From: Nemertoderma westbladi
Lineage: Eukaryota; Animalia; Xenacoelomorpha
DNA: 60,167 nucleotides
Assembly: GCA_032718475.1 (NCBI GenBank)
Contig: JAUCBJ010006840.1
Span: forward strand, 1 to 60,167
Reading direction: 5' to 3'
The notes below the pieces were generated by a model. It made no database searches and was not told the origin of the DNA. It saw only the letters and a program-made list of their open reading frames with translations. Both the position numbers and the translations under genes were made by a program. Of this stretch, positions 23,301 to 36,174 are shown piece by piece (positions within the stretch are counted from its first letter, which is position 1; every line of letters starts with the position of its first letter).

Positions 23301-26300
23301 AATGGAGCGCAGTAGGGCGTGTTGGCTCGGCTCAGGACGCGAGAATAGATCTAATGGAACGCAGTAGGGCGTGTTGGCTCGGCTCAGGACGCGAGAATAG
23401 ATCTAATGGAACGCAGTAGGGCGTGTTGGCTCGGGTCGGGACACGAGAATAGATCTAATGGAGCGCAGTAGGGCGTGTTGGCTCGGCTCAGGACGCGAGA
23501 ATAGATCTAATGGAACGCAGTAGGGCGTGTTGGCTAGGCTCGGGATGCGAGAATAGATCTAATGGAGCGAGAATAGATCTAATGGAACGCAGTAGGGCGT
23601 GTTGGCTCGGGTCGGGACGAGAGAATAGATCCAATGGAACGCAGTAGGGCGTGTTGGCTCGGGTCGGGATGCGAGAATAGATCTAATGGAGCGCAGTAGG
23701 GCATGTTGGCTCGGCTCAGGACGCGAGAATAGATCTAATGGAACGCAGTAGGGCGTGTTGGCTAGGCTCGGGATGCGAGAATAGATCTAATGGAGCGAGA
23801 ATAGATCTAATGGAACGCAGTAGGGCGTGTTGGCTCGGGTCGGGACGCGAGAATAGATCTAATGGAACGCAGTAGGGCGTGTTGGCTCGGGTCGGGATGC
23901 GAGAATAGATCTAATGGAGCACAGTAGGGCGTGTTGGCTAGGCTCGGGATGCGAGAATAGATCTAATGGAACGCAGTAGGGCGTGTTGGCTAGGCTCGGA
24001 ATGCGAGAATAGATCTAATGGAGCGAGAATAGATCTAATGGAACGCAGTAGGGCGTGTTGGCTCGGGTCGGGACGCGAGAATAGATCTAATGGAACGCAG
24101 TAGGGCGTGTTGGATCGGGTCGGGACGCGAGAATAGATCTAATGGAACGCAGTAGGGCGTGTTGGCTAGGCTCGGGATGCGAGAATAGATCTAATGGAGC
24201 GAGAATAGATCTAATGGAACGCAGTAGGGCGTGTTGGCTCGGGTCGGGACGCGAGAATAGATCTAATGGAACGCAGTAGGGCGTGTTGGATCGGGTCGGG
24301 ACGAGAGAATAGATCTAATGGAGCGCAGTAGGGCGTGTTAGCTCGGTTCAGGGCTCGATAATAGATCTAATGGAGCGCAGTAGGGCGTGTTGGCTCGGGT
24401 CGGGACGCGAGAATATATCTAATGGAACGCAGTAGGGCGTGTTGGCTCGGGTCGGGACGCGGGAATAGATCCAATGGAGCGCAGTAGGGCGTGTTGGCTC
24501 GGGTCGGGAAGCGAGAATAGATCTAATGCAGCGCAGTAGGGTGTGTTGGCTCGGGTCGGGATGCGAGAATAGATCTAATGGAACGCAGTAGGGCGTGTTG
24601 GATCGGGTCGGGACGAGAGAATAGATCTAATGGAGCGCAGTAGGGCATGTTGGCTCGGGTCGGGATGCGAGAATAGATCTAATGGAGCGCAGTAGGGCGT
24701 GTTGGTTCGGGTCGGGATGCGAGACTATATCTAATGGAACGCAGTAGGGCGTGTTGGCTCGGGTTGGGACACGAGAATATATCTAATGGAACGCAGTAGG
24801 GCGTGTTGGCTCGGGTCGGGATGCGAGAATAGATCTAATGGAACGCAGTAGGGCGTGTTGGCTTGGGTCGGGACGCGAGAATAGATCTAATGGAATGCAG
24901 TAGGGCGTGTTGGCTCGGGTTGGGACGCGAGAATAGATCTAATGCAGCGCAGTAGGGTGTGTTGGCTCGGGTCGGGACGCGAGAATAGATCTAATGGAAT
25001 GCAGTAGGGCGTGTTGGCTCGGGTCGGGACGCGAGAATAGATCTAATGGAACGCAGTAGGGCGTGTTGGCTCGGGTCGGGACGCAAGAATAGATCTAATG
25101 CAGCGCAGTAGGGTGTGTTGGCTCGGCTCGGGATGCGAGAATAGATCTAATGGAACGCAGTAGGGCGTGTTGGCTCGGGTCGGGACGCGAGAATATATCT
25201 AATGGAATGCAGTAGGGCGTGTTGGCTCGGGTCGGGACACGAGAATATATCTAATGGAACGCAGTAGGGCGTGTTGGCTCGGGTCGGGACGCGAGAATAG
25301 ATCTAATGGAATGTAGTAGGGAGTGTTGGCTCGGGTCGGGACGCGAGAATAGATCTAATGGAGCGCAGTAGGGCGTGTTGGATCGGGTCGGGATGCGAGA
25401 ATAGATCTAATGGAGCGCAGTAGGGCGTGTTGGCTCGGGTCGGGACGCGAGAATAGATCTAATGGTACGCAGTAGGGCGTGTTGGCTCGGGTCGGGACGC
25501 GAGAATATATCTAATGGAACGCAGTAGGGCGTGTTGGCTCGGGTCGGGACGCGAGAATATATCTAATGGAACGCAGTAGGGCGTGTTGGCTCGGGTCGGG
25601 ACACGAGAATATATCTAATGGAACGCAGTAGGGCGTGTTGGCTCGGCATGCGAGAATAGATCTAATGGAACGCAGTAGGGCGTGTTGGCTCGGGTCAGGA
25701 CGCAAGAATATATCTAATGGAACGCAGTAGGGCGTGTTGGCTCGGGTCGGGACGCGAGAATATATCTAATGGAACGCAGTAGGGCGTGTTGGCTCGGGTC
25801 GGGACACGAGAATATATCTAATGGAACGCAGTAGGACGTGTTGGATCGGCTCAGGACGCGAGAATAGATCCAATGGAGCGCAGTAGGGCGTGTTGGCTCG
25901 GGTCGGGACGCGAGAATAGATCTAATGGAACGCAGTAGGGCGTGTTGGATCGGGTCGGGACGAGAGAATAGATCTAATGGAGCGAGAATAGATCTAATGC
26001 AACGCAGTAGGGCGTTTTAGCTCGGTTTAGGACACGAGAATAGATCTAATGGAACGCAGTAGGGCGTGTTGGATCGGGTCGGGACGAGAGAATAGATCTA
26101 ATGGAGCGCAGTAGGGCGTGTTGGCTCGGCTCAGGACGCGAGAATAGATCTAATGGAACGCAGTAGGACGTGTTGGATCGGCTCAGGACGCGAGAATAGA
26201 TCTAATGGAACGCAGTAGGACGTGTTGGATCGGCTCAGGACGCGAGAATAGATCTAATGGAACGCAGTAGGGCGTGTTGGCTCGGGTCGGGACGCGAGAA

Positions 26301-26597
26301 TAGATCTAATGGAGCGCAGTAGGGAGTGTTGGCTCGGGTCGGGACGCGAGAATATATCTAATGGAACGCAGTAGGGCGTGTTGGCTCGGGTCGGGACGCG
26401 AGAATAGATCTAATGGAATGTAGTAGGGAGTGTTGGCTCGGGTCGGGACGCGAGAATAGATCTAATGGAGCGCAGTAGGGCGTGTTGGCTCGGGTCGGGA
26501 CGCGAGAATAGATCTAATGGAACGCAGTAGGGCGTGTTGGCTCGGGTCGGGACACGAGAATATATATAATGGAACGCAGTAGGGCGTGTTGGCTCGA
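20347..26597. repeat. 6.2-kb CpG-rich satellite, 52-bp monomer (with 72-bp variants)
   Basis: Monomer GCTCGGGTCGGGACGCGAGAATAGATCTAATGGAACGCAGTAGGGCGTGTTG, about 115 copies; some carry a 20-nt internal duplication. Confidence 0.98.
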
Positions 26598-28335
26598 CTT
26601 GAGGTGCGATAATAGGACGCTCAGGACCCCAATCTATATGTAACAGAACAAACAAGTACCCTAAATACTCCTCCAACAAACCCCATGCTCGCTCACTATA
26701 AACAGTTTCTCAATCTCGAACTTCAGACATGATTATTTGGAAAAATTAGTAACGTTAGAACCTTTAAGAGTGTTGAGTTTGTAAATATTTTATCAAAATA
26801 AATTATGTTGTTTGAATGTGTTTAAAATTTATTTAAACAATTAATAAACAAATCTAATATATTTACATCTAATGAAATAATTACACCATTAAGAGACACA
26901 TAATACTAATAAATATTTTGTATAATAGAAGGCAAAACATCGCACCAAATTTATTAATTAAAACAAAATATTATTTTTCTGACCGCAAATTTATTTAGGC
27001 CATTATTGTTTTGGTTCCACTTCCCCGCACTTTATTGATTCCCCTTACCGTGTCTCAGCAACCTGCACCTTACAAACCTGCATACTGTAATACATAGTGG
27101 ATAACCGATAAATAATATTTAAGGTCAGAAAGAGAAATATTTAAGGTCAAAAAAAAAATCTAATTAAAAATATATATTTAAGTAAGTAGAACAATGTATT
27201 TGAATTAAACGCGAGGCATTAGCTTTGCACAACCCGAAGGTATGAAAACATCCAGGATTGGCCACCGCAATTATAAAAATAATTAATCAATATTAAAAAA
27301 AGATTATTCAATAATATTTAAAATAATATTATATGTTCATGTTTAACTTTTGGCCCCATTTTAACAATGTGGGATAGTGATAGTATATATTACTGCAGTT
27401 TGCGATGGTTTTTAGTGAATAAATAATTAGTGTAATATTACTTACAACTGTTACCAAATTAATGCCACACTGACGATATAACAATACATTAATAATAATT
27501 TATTAATAGCCACAGGACATATTACTTTATGGACGCCCGCTTATACCATGTTTTGAAAGTAGCACTTTTCAGTGTTATAGCCAGAGTCTATATATTTATG
27601 TACCAAGAGAACGCAGCGAGGGAGGTTTACATAAATATACAAAATTATTTAACACTCAATGAATAGGCCCTAGTGCTCTTTTCATACAATGATATATGTA
27701 ATTTTGTTACTTATTATGTATTATGTAAACTTATCGGCGTTCTGATTAAATCATTTAAACGCTTACAGCTATAACTCGCCGCACAGACTGTTGTTTATTA
27801 TTTCTCCAGTACTCCGACGTAGACATTGTATACGCAGTTTGGGATTGTTTACCGTAAAGTTGTTGTGATTATCAAAGTTAAATAATTTTGAATCAGTAAT
27901 ATAAAATAAGGTTGGACGGTGAGGCCTACTTCTCACAATGATGTAAATAGTTCTTGGTTAACAAACCTTATACTAAGTACAGTTTACGGTAATGGAGGAT
28001 CTAAGTGCCGAATAAAATATAAAATGGAATGATGCGAGTAGCATAATGTAATGAATACAAAAGTAAAATAATAAAAACCGAATAATTAATAACTAATTAA
28101 GTAGATTATTTATTTAGCCATGTACCTCATTGCAACAAATAATGCGCTGGAACTAATGATTTATTTAGAGATGAAGAAACTGGTTAATAATAATAATTTA
28201 TATAGTGCTGATAAAAAAATTATAATGTTTGAACAATCCAGGCTATAAATGTGAATTTACGATACTCTATAAAACACGAGGCAGCAGCGTGATATAAATC
28301 TACACCAAAACCCTTCCAACTCCCCAATCTCAGTT

Positions 28336-29380
28336 TGGTGTTTAAACGGGATCCCAATCCCGATCCAGTATAACCGGTATCCCGGTTAAAACAGCAACCC
28401 CGGCCCCGGTCCTTTCGAATTCCTGTTTATTGTATAATTGTATTCCCCTATAAAAGGCGGTCATCCAAATTGGGATGATTATGATAATTTTTGACTAAGT
28501 TGAGGTGACGAAATTTGTTTTGAATATCCATGATATATGCGAATTAACAAACTTCTGTAAATCGTGGCTGGTATCCATGCCAACATGGAATTTCAATTTC
28601 AAATTGTATCGATTTCATGAACTTTCATTCAGAGCTCTATATTTTGGCATTTTCTTGGTTTTTTTTGGAGGCGAATTCAGCTGAACTAATTAAAATACTA
28701 CCACTGTAACTAAAATACTTCGTACCTCTCACTGGGTGCAAAAAGTTGGTGCCAGCACCAAAATTTCAGATTTTAGCTTCTTTGAAAATTTAGCACCCAA
28801 CGAAATATAGTAGAACCGGAACCGTCCATTCAGTCACTTCATAAATATTACCATTGCATTCAGCAGCCGAGAAAACCTATGTAGATTGTGAATCAGAGCT
28901 TATAAATATATTTCAGATCTCTGAAAATTGAAATTTTTGCGTTTTAACCATTTTTGATTGTCCCTTACTTTTTGCTAAATATCGCCAAAACGAAAAAAGA
29001 TTGACGAAGCTGCTTGTATATTTGAAATCTCATAAAATTTCGGACATAATGAGATAATAAAATGAAAATCGACTTTTTTTTTATCAACATCTGACTAAAT
29101 GTGAGATAAACAGAAATGGCGTTTTAAACTTAAGGCCCCTTTCTTTGGACACTGACACAAACTTTAAGTAAATTTGTTGAATATCTGATAAGTTCCAGCA
29201 GAACGGAAATGTTCTGATTATATATATTTTTTATGTTACACAAAACCCGCCACATATACTCTTAACTTTAAGGAATTTAATCCAAAATTGCAATCCCGAT
29301 CCCGAAAAACGGGATCCGAGATTGATAATCCCGACCCCGATCCCGGAAATCCCAAAAAGTCTGATCCCGTTTAAACACTT
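28336..29380. mobile_element. Non-autonomous TIR element (hAT-like)
   Basis: GTGTTTAAACGGGATC ... GATCCCGTTTAAACAC TIR, subterminal ATCCCG repeats, flanked by near-duplicated ATCTCAGTT / ATCTCCGTT. Confidence 0.65.
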
Positions 29381-29681
29381 ATCTCCGTTATTTCTCATCC
29401 AAATCCTTTCGGATGTTTGTAATGCGGCCTGTACAATACCAATGACATACCGGTACTAACAGATATTCAGATTCACGAGCATTAGCTTGATAAAATAGAG
29501 CGCTCCAACAAATAAAAACGTAAAAACGATAAAACAATAAAAACAAAATGAATAACACTTGACGACGATATAAGTTGAAGCTGAACCTTGTGACCGTTGG
29601 CTAAAGGAGTGTTCGAGAAGCAATGCATAACGCCATCGGTAAGGGGTGATCGGAATGTGGGAAATGGCTACGGTATCTTAT

Positions 29682-31887
29682 CTATAGAATGTTACAAATG
29701 GCACACTTTCGGACATCGACGGTTTCTACTGGGCTGTTATGGGACGGGGGCGAGTGGGTTAGGGAGTCCAGGGATGGTCTGGGGAATCGTAACGGCTGAG
29801 GGACGACCTCCCCCCCGGGGGGTCGGGTTGGCGCTGCCGTGGTGACCGGGGGGTGCTCCGCGGGGGGAGACGGCTCCGCGATGGGGGCCAGCACCAGGTC
29901 CACCGTCTGGGGGGCATCCCCCGAGCCCCCTGCGCCCCCCACGTTCAGCACCCTCACCGGCGCTTCCGGCTGCACGTGACGCGAGATCCTCTCCGCTACG
30001 TCATTGTACTTCCGGTCCATATCCGCGTGCAGACCCGAGCCTCCGTGGCCCCCAGTTCCACAGAAGTCCACGTAGAGATACTGAGAGAAAGTGAGCGAGA
30101 GACAGCCAGCGGGGGGCCAATCTACCGGCCGAAGGACAATGGGGACGATGAGTTTGTGAAGGAGATCGGCGAGGGTGACCTCCTTGCAGCAGTTGGAGGA
30201 GACGAGGTACTTGGGGGTCACGCAGGCGATCACAACCCGACACTGACGGATTCCCTCGTCTATCTTCTGGTACAGCAGATCGCCTCCGCCCATCTGGCCG
30301 ATGTCCATCCAGCATCGGAACCCGTAGCTCTCCAATCGGTCCCGCAGCACCCGCACCTCGTCCTGCACCTCCCATTGGTAGGATATAAAGACGGGGGGCG
30401 GCCGACGTCCCTGGGTGTCAGTCCGACCCTTCTGCAACAGGTCCACCACGTCCTGCCTGCCGATCCCGTCCAATGAGGAGACCAACATGTCGAGACTGAG
30501 TTGCTGATTGCCTGAGCTGAGAATCCAGTCGGAGAGCAGCGCGACGCCGGGGTTGTCGTCGTCCCGGAAGGAATCAAGCCGCATCGCGCGGTAGCCGAGT
30601 CGCAGCCCCAGCGTGGTCCAATCGTCCGGCTCTAAGGAGAGCAACTTAGCGGCGGCGGTCAGCCACACGGGGGTGTCGCCGTCGGTGGGGGTCGGCGAGA
30701 TGAGCGGCAACGGGATGATACGCGGCTCGGGGAACCACCGACGGAACGAGTTGCTCTTCACCCGTGTGTGCTCGCACAGGACGAGTTTATTCGAGACGCA
30801 TTCGTCGAGGTTGAGGAAGTGGAAGCAACCCTCTTCGTCGCAACGTTTAACGCCGTGCGACGGACAGGGACGTCCGCAAGGACAGCGAACCGCCGCCTCG
30901 AACATTATGTGTTTCATCCAGATCTCGCGCAGGTCCGCCAACGTTGAGTCGATAAAGTTTCTCACTTTAGCGACGACTTCCCTCGCCGGTTGGTCCGACG
31001 GTTGCGGAAGAGGACTCGCTTCCTCAACCGAATCAGATTCGCTTTCCGTTCCATAACTTCTGACTCGTAGAACAACTACCTTTATCCGACTCAACGCCTT
31101 GGGCGCCATCTCGAGGTAGAGATCGTGTTGGTCGTCGAGATAGAGTCGGGCCCGGCGGTGGTAGAGGGTTGGCTCGCGGCCTCCGAGGTCCTGCGACCAG
31201 CGGACGGCGCGGATCAGCAGCCGGTGGAACAGCCCGTCCGGGAGGAATCCGTGGAAGAGCAGGAAGAACACGACGTCCTCCGGGCCGGGCGCGCAGAGGC
31301 GTTGGATCTCGTCCAGGGGAGCGGGTCGGAGTCGGCTCGGGACCACGTACGATACGTCCCATCGGCCGGAGTCGAACACCCGTCGAGGCGGTAATCGCTC
31401 CACTAGCAGGTCAAACCGCTCCATCAACCCGACCAGGTAGACCTTCTGTTCGATAAACTCGCGCCACATGTGGTCGATAAGTCGGTCGTCTAGAACGCCA
31501 CTGTGGTCCAGACGGTCCCAGGAGCCAATCAGAGACGACCACTGGTCGTCCACGTCTCGGACAGTGATCACCTTCCGGAACACATCGATTAGCCATTGCG
31601 GCCGTATGATTACCGTCTCACCTAACGCCGCATCGATTGCTCCGCTTCCTCCGAAGTACACGATTGATCCGAGATCGTGGTAGAAGTTGAGCATGGTCAA
31701 AAGCTGCTCGCGATCTACTATCATTCCCTGATCCGCGATCATGGCTCCTAACTTCTCCACCGAGATGTAATTAATCCCGCGTTGAATCCACTCGCTAAGA
31801 GATCGTTCGAACTTCAACCATTGCAACGGCATCTGTTCCCCCATGTAACTCTCCCCTAAAACCGCCTCCTCAATATGTTTCCTCAAT
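29682..31887 (-). CDS. ROCO protein exon 2: COR, Cys/His-rich segment, Death domain, TIR (TIR_2-type), C-terminal CaaX
   Basis: Acceptor TTATTGATTCCAG| at 31888; YMGEQMPLQWL..E, FYHDLGSIVYF, VIIRPQWLIDVF (COR); DDWTTLGLRLGY..LLSDW..L..IGRQDVV (Death); VFISYQW..CWMDIGQM.GGD..NCCKE..IVPI (TIR); ends CAICNIL*. Confidence 0.92.
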
Positions 31888-32840
31888 CTGGAATCAATAA
31901 CGTTTACTCTCGTAAAGGAATGAGTTTACCATATGGGAAGGATGGCCCCAAACTGTGTAAGATTATCGGAAGACACCGACCTGATGCCCTACATAATGGG
32001 TAATATTACAGCATGCAAGCTCTTTACCTAACAATAATTTAGACTTTCAATAAATCCAATGATTGCCGTTACCATAACTAGGCCTATAGTTGTTTACATT
32101 TTTTACACATTGAAATCTACTAATCCAGAGTGATGCCACATCTAAGCGACTCCACGGAATGCGCCCACGACAGAACATTCTGAGACACAAATTATGACCT
32201 TCGCAGCACAGATTTTACCAGCGAACATTCACCATTGTGTAAATTGTTTAACAATATTAATTGGTTTCCTGATTCACGGGCAACATCTTATAGTCTTATA
32301 GTAGCATTTGTAGAAACATTACAGATTGTCGATACAATTATAAGGAGGTTCCTGGATTATCTATGAATGCGTTAAATACTATAATGAACTTTGTTTGTAC
32401 TCGTTGATTTTCTTTCTATGGTGCCGTTTACGTCATTATTATCATAGTGTTCAATCGAACTCGGGGCACTTACTTACTTATTAGTCAGTGCTGTGTACAA
32501 TTAATTCATATACGCTAAATTAATAAATAATAATAATAATAGTCCAAAAGTTAAACTATTGTAAATTTTTACTGGAACTTTCCTGTAACTGTACCTTGCT
32601 CTGCCTTCAATGTCGCTCTGCGCTATGACTTTCTCACTGACTACGTAATATCAATATGACATGTGCCCTGACCAGATTCCGTGCTAAACCATGCCCAGTG
32701 TAATGAGCTGAGCTAATGCCACTACCAACTAACCATGGTCCGGACCGAACCTACCATCGGTCCGAATGTACTATCGGTCCGAACGTACTATTGGTCCGAA
32801 CCTACCATCGGTCTGTCGGTGCACCACACGACCTACTTAC

Positions 32841-34447
32841 CTTTCTACTTCCTTCTCCTCATCAACCCCCCTGTTACAGTTCTCCACCGCGTAGTACCGA
32901 TGTACCACATGGCCGATGTACGGCTTCCCCTTAATGTATTCCCGAATCCTCGCGAATATCGACTCTATGGCGACGGCTCGTTGGGACTCATCGCCTGGGA
33001 CCCCGGCTGCGTGAGTCCCCACGAGGAACACCGGGGGACTGAGTGTGCGCTGCGAGCCCTCGATATCGTGGCGTTCAGCCGCGAACGCGTAGATGTTGGA
33101 GAGCCAGAAGTCGAGGAACTCGATGTTAGTCATCTCGTTATTGGCGAGCTCGACCCGGTCGACCCCGGGTTGAGTGACCGAGTCGACTCCGGTTCGAACA
33201 ACCGAGACGGCCGGCTCGTCCAAATGTTTGGTGAGATCGAAGACGAGTAGATAAACGGCTCGGTAGGTGAGGAACACCTGGTGGGTCGTGTAGTAGACGC
33301 TCTGCCCCGCAAAGTCCCAGATGTTGAGCTCCACAGAACGGCGTTCATCCGTAGAGTTCTGCCGTTCCAGCTCTACCCGCAGGGCGGCGTCATTATCTGC
33401 GGTCTGTAATAACGACTCTACCAGCGCCGCTATTGAGTCAGGGATAGATCGTAACGTGTCTGCTGTTTCTACAGAGTTGTAAAAAGGTGGGGAATCATCA
33501 ATAACGTCTCTACCATCCCCATGCGACTCTGTTAATCCCTCTCCACTGGGGACGTTACCAATGTTGTCGCTATCAGCTACAGTAGGAGAAGCGTCTTCTA
33601 ACTTATTTCTATTCTTAAGAATTTCCAAGGCAATATTAATAGCTAAGGACTTCTCGTATTCCTCGTCGAAGTTATCCGAAGATTTGTTAGAAGGGTCGAC
33701 AACTGAGTCGTTAACAGTTAGCTTCCAGTCCTCGCAACGCGACACATATATGTCACAACTAAACGCGGTATCTATCCCATCTGTGGAATCCTCGTTGGCA
33801 TCAAACTGCTGACCAGTTAAGGACTTCTTGAGACTCGTTTTCCCGGCCCTCTCCTGCCCCACCAACATTAAACGAGTCCGATACATTGGCCGCGTGCCGC
33901 CCCTCATGGCCGCCCGGAAGGCCGTCCAGGCCTCGGGGCCGCGCGCTAGTATCTCCCGGGGAATCTCCGTGGGTTGGACAAACCGCACCCCCGCGGTGTT
34001 CCCGTAGACATCGACGAGACCCCACAACTTCAGGCTCCGGGAATCCGGTATCGGTTCCGGCACCAACAACCCTTGGCTCTCGTTGTTCACTGAGTAATGT
34101 GCCTTGCCGAAACCGTCGTAATGGAAATCTATTTGGTTGCCGACCGCCGCGTGCTGTTCGCTTATAGACTTCGCCCAATAGCCGCTCATGTTGGTTAGAT
34201 CGGGGACTGCGTATCTAGGCAACTCCTTCCATTGCCAGGTAACAGGGTCAACCGAAGTAAACCCCAGTCTTAATGCTCCGCTCCAGTTTGTGAAGTTTTT
34301 GGAGATGCTAATAGCTACTCGAGTATCCACTGGAATTGGAGTCTGCGTGAAACATATTCCGTGACAAAATGTATCAAATCTTTCCACCTCACAACCATCT
34401 TCCGATACCACAGCATTTTTGCCATGAACTTGATGGAAACGCATCAT
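32841..34447 (-). CDS. ROCO protein exon 1: Neuralized (NHR) domain and Roc GTPase
   Basis: FHQVHGKN..F..GICF..WSGALRLGFT..LWGLVDVYGNT (NHR); GQERAGKTS, STDGI, IWDFAGQ..YY.THQVFL, LVGTH (Roc). Donor AG|GTAAGT at 32840; the phase-2 953-bp intron joins in frame to give ~1270 aa. Confidence 0.93.
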
Positions 34448-35159
34448 TTTTCAAAGCATACCGATAATTCAATGCAATTACATTGTGAATTACAGAATTA
34501 GGCAGCAGAAGTGCCGGGGCCGGCGCTAGGTCAGTAGGTGCTAGGCCTGCTACTGTGCTAGGGCCCTAGCACATAGCCTCTTCTAAATATTGCTATACTC
34601 TATACTGCTATAGGCTGACAGCTGGCTGATAGGGCCTACATCTGTCATCTGTAGTACTGTAGTACTGTAGTAAACCTTCCAATACTACACCCTACTACTG
34701 TACTGCATTATGTTTTCCAAAGTCAGTCGGTGATATACCTAGGCGATTTTGGACTTACTCCGGCCATATACTGGTATTTGGTCCGCGGACCAAATACTTT
34801 TTCGGGGGGTCTGGGGATGGCAATGTTATTAAAACTTCTGACCTTTCAGCAAAGACTACCTGCTTGTACGCACTTACTGTAATTAATCTCGTCCACATAT
34901 TCAAAATCTCAGGACCTGTAATTAATGATTTGATAAGGCTAAAAATTAATAGTACTGAACATGACTAGCTAGTGCCAGATGAACTGTACCTACAGTACTT
35001 CAAGGCCAGCTGTTTGGTCTGCCAATCTGCCAATACCACATCTGATTACCTCAACACACCAATGAATAAAATCAATTAATGAAGCCGTATTGAAACACGA
35101 AAAGTATTTGGTCCATTACAGTACAATCATTATGACTTACAACCAACTGATTGCTTAAG

Positions 35160-36020
35160 ACCGGACCAAATACCAGGCCAGGAGTATGTATATACTACCG
35201 ATAGTTGGTCCGCTCCTATAGGCTTTCATTACAAATTTTACATTGAAAAGCATTAGGTCGGACCAAATACCAGTAGTATTATATATAGGCAAACACTTAT
35301 TTCTAAATCATTTAGCAACAGTGTTGTGTTTGTTCTGGGGGAAGATCCCCCGGGAAAAGGGTTTCTTTGGGGGCCAAATCAGAAAAAATGGGGCTTGGGA
35401 TGTTTTGGGGTTGGTGTTTAAAAATCTAATAGCGCGGGTATTTAATTATCCCATAGTGAGGACCAAATACCAGGAGTGTGATATACTACCGATAGTTGGT
35501 CCGCTCCTATAGGCTTCCATTACAAATTTTACATTGGAAAGCATTAGGCCGGACCAAATACCAGTAGTATACAGTATATATATATAGGCAAACACTTATT
35601 TCTAAATCATTTAGCAACAGTGTTGTGTTTGTTCTGGGGGAAGATCCCCCGGGAAAAGGGTTTCTTTGGGGGCCAAATCAGAAAAAATGGGGCTTGGAAT
35701 GTTTTGGGGTTGGTGTTTAAAAATCTAATATCGCGGGTAATTAAAAATCTCATAGTGAGGACCAAATACCAGGAGTATGTATATACTACCGATAGTTGGT
35801 CCGCTCCTATAGGCTTCCGTTACAAATTTTACATTGGAAAGCATTAGGCAAGACCAAATACCAGTAGTATATAGGCAATCACTTATTTCTAAATCATTTC
35901 GCAACTGTATTGTGTTTGTTCTGGGGGAATTTCCCCAAGGAAAGGGGTTTCTTTGGGGGCCAAATCATAAAAATTGGGGCTTGGAATGTTTTGGGGTTGG
36001 AATTTAAAAGGGGCTTGGAA
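35160..36020. repeat. ~298-bp tandem repeat, ~3 copies
   Basis: GGACCAAATACCAGG...GATAGTTGGTCCGCTCCTATAGG recurs at ~35163, 35460 and 35759; a palindromic GTATTTGGTCCGCGGACCAAATAC lies at ~34774. Confidence 0.9.
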
Positions 36021-36174
36021 TGTTATGATGTTGAATCAAGCCGAGTTGATGCAACAACAGACGACAGCAATGGCGGATAGACAATACCAATTTATGCAGG
36101 AACATTCTAGAACGATGGCTACGCAACAAAATGAGTTCTTTTCCAATTTAATGGAGAGTCATAAGAATAGTCGT

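Noticed and set aside
20347-26597. CRISPR-like appearance of regular repeats (also 13588-14298, 14831-15290, 54236-55157)
   Set aside because: No unique spacers and no cas genes; these are head-to-tail tandem repeats in a spliceosomal-intron genome.
29597-34178. Numerous overlapping short ORFs in the ROCO exons
   Set aside because: Shadow frames of GC-rich coding sequence.
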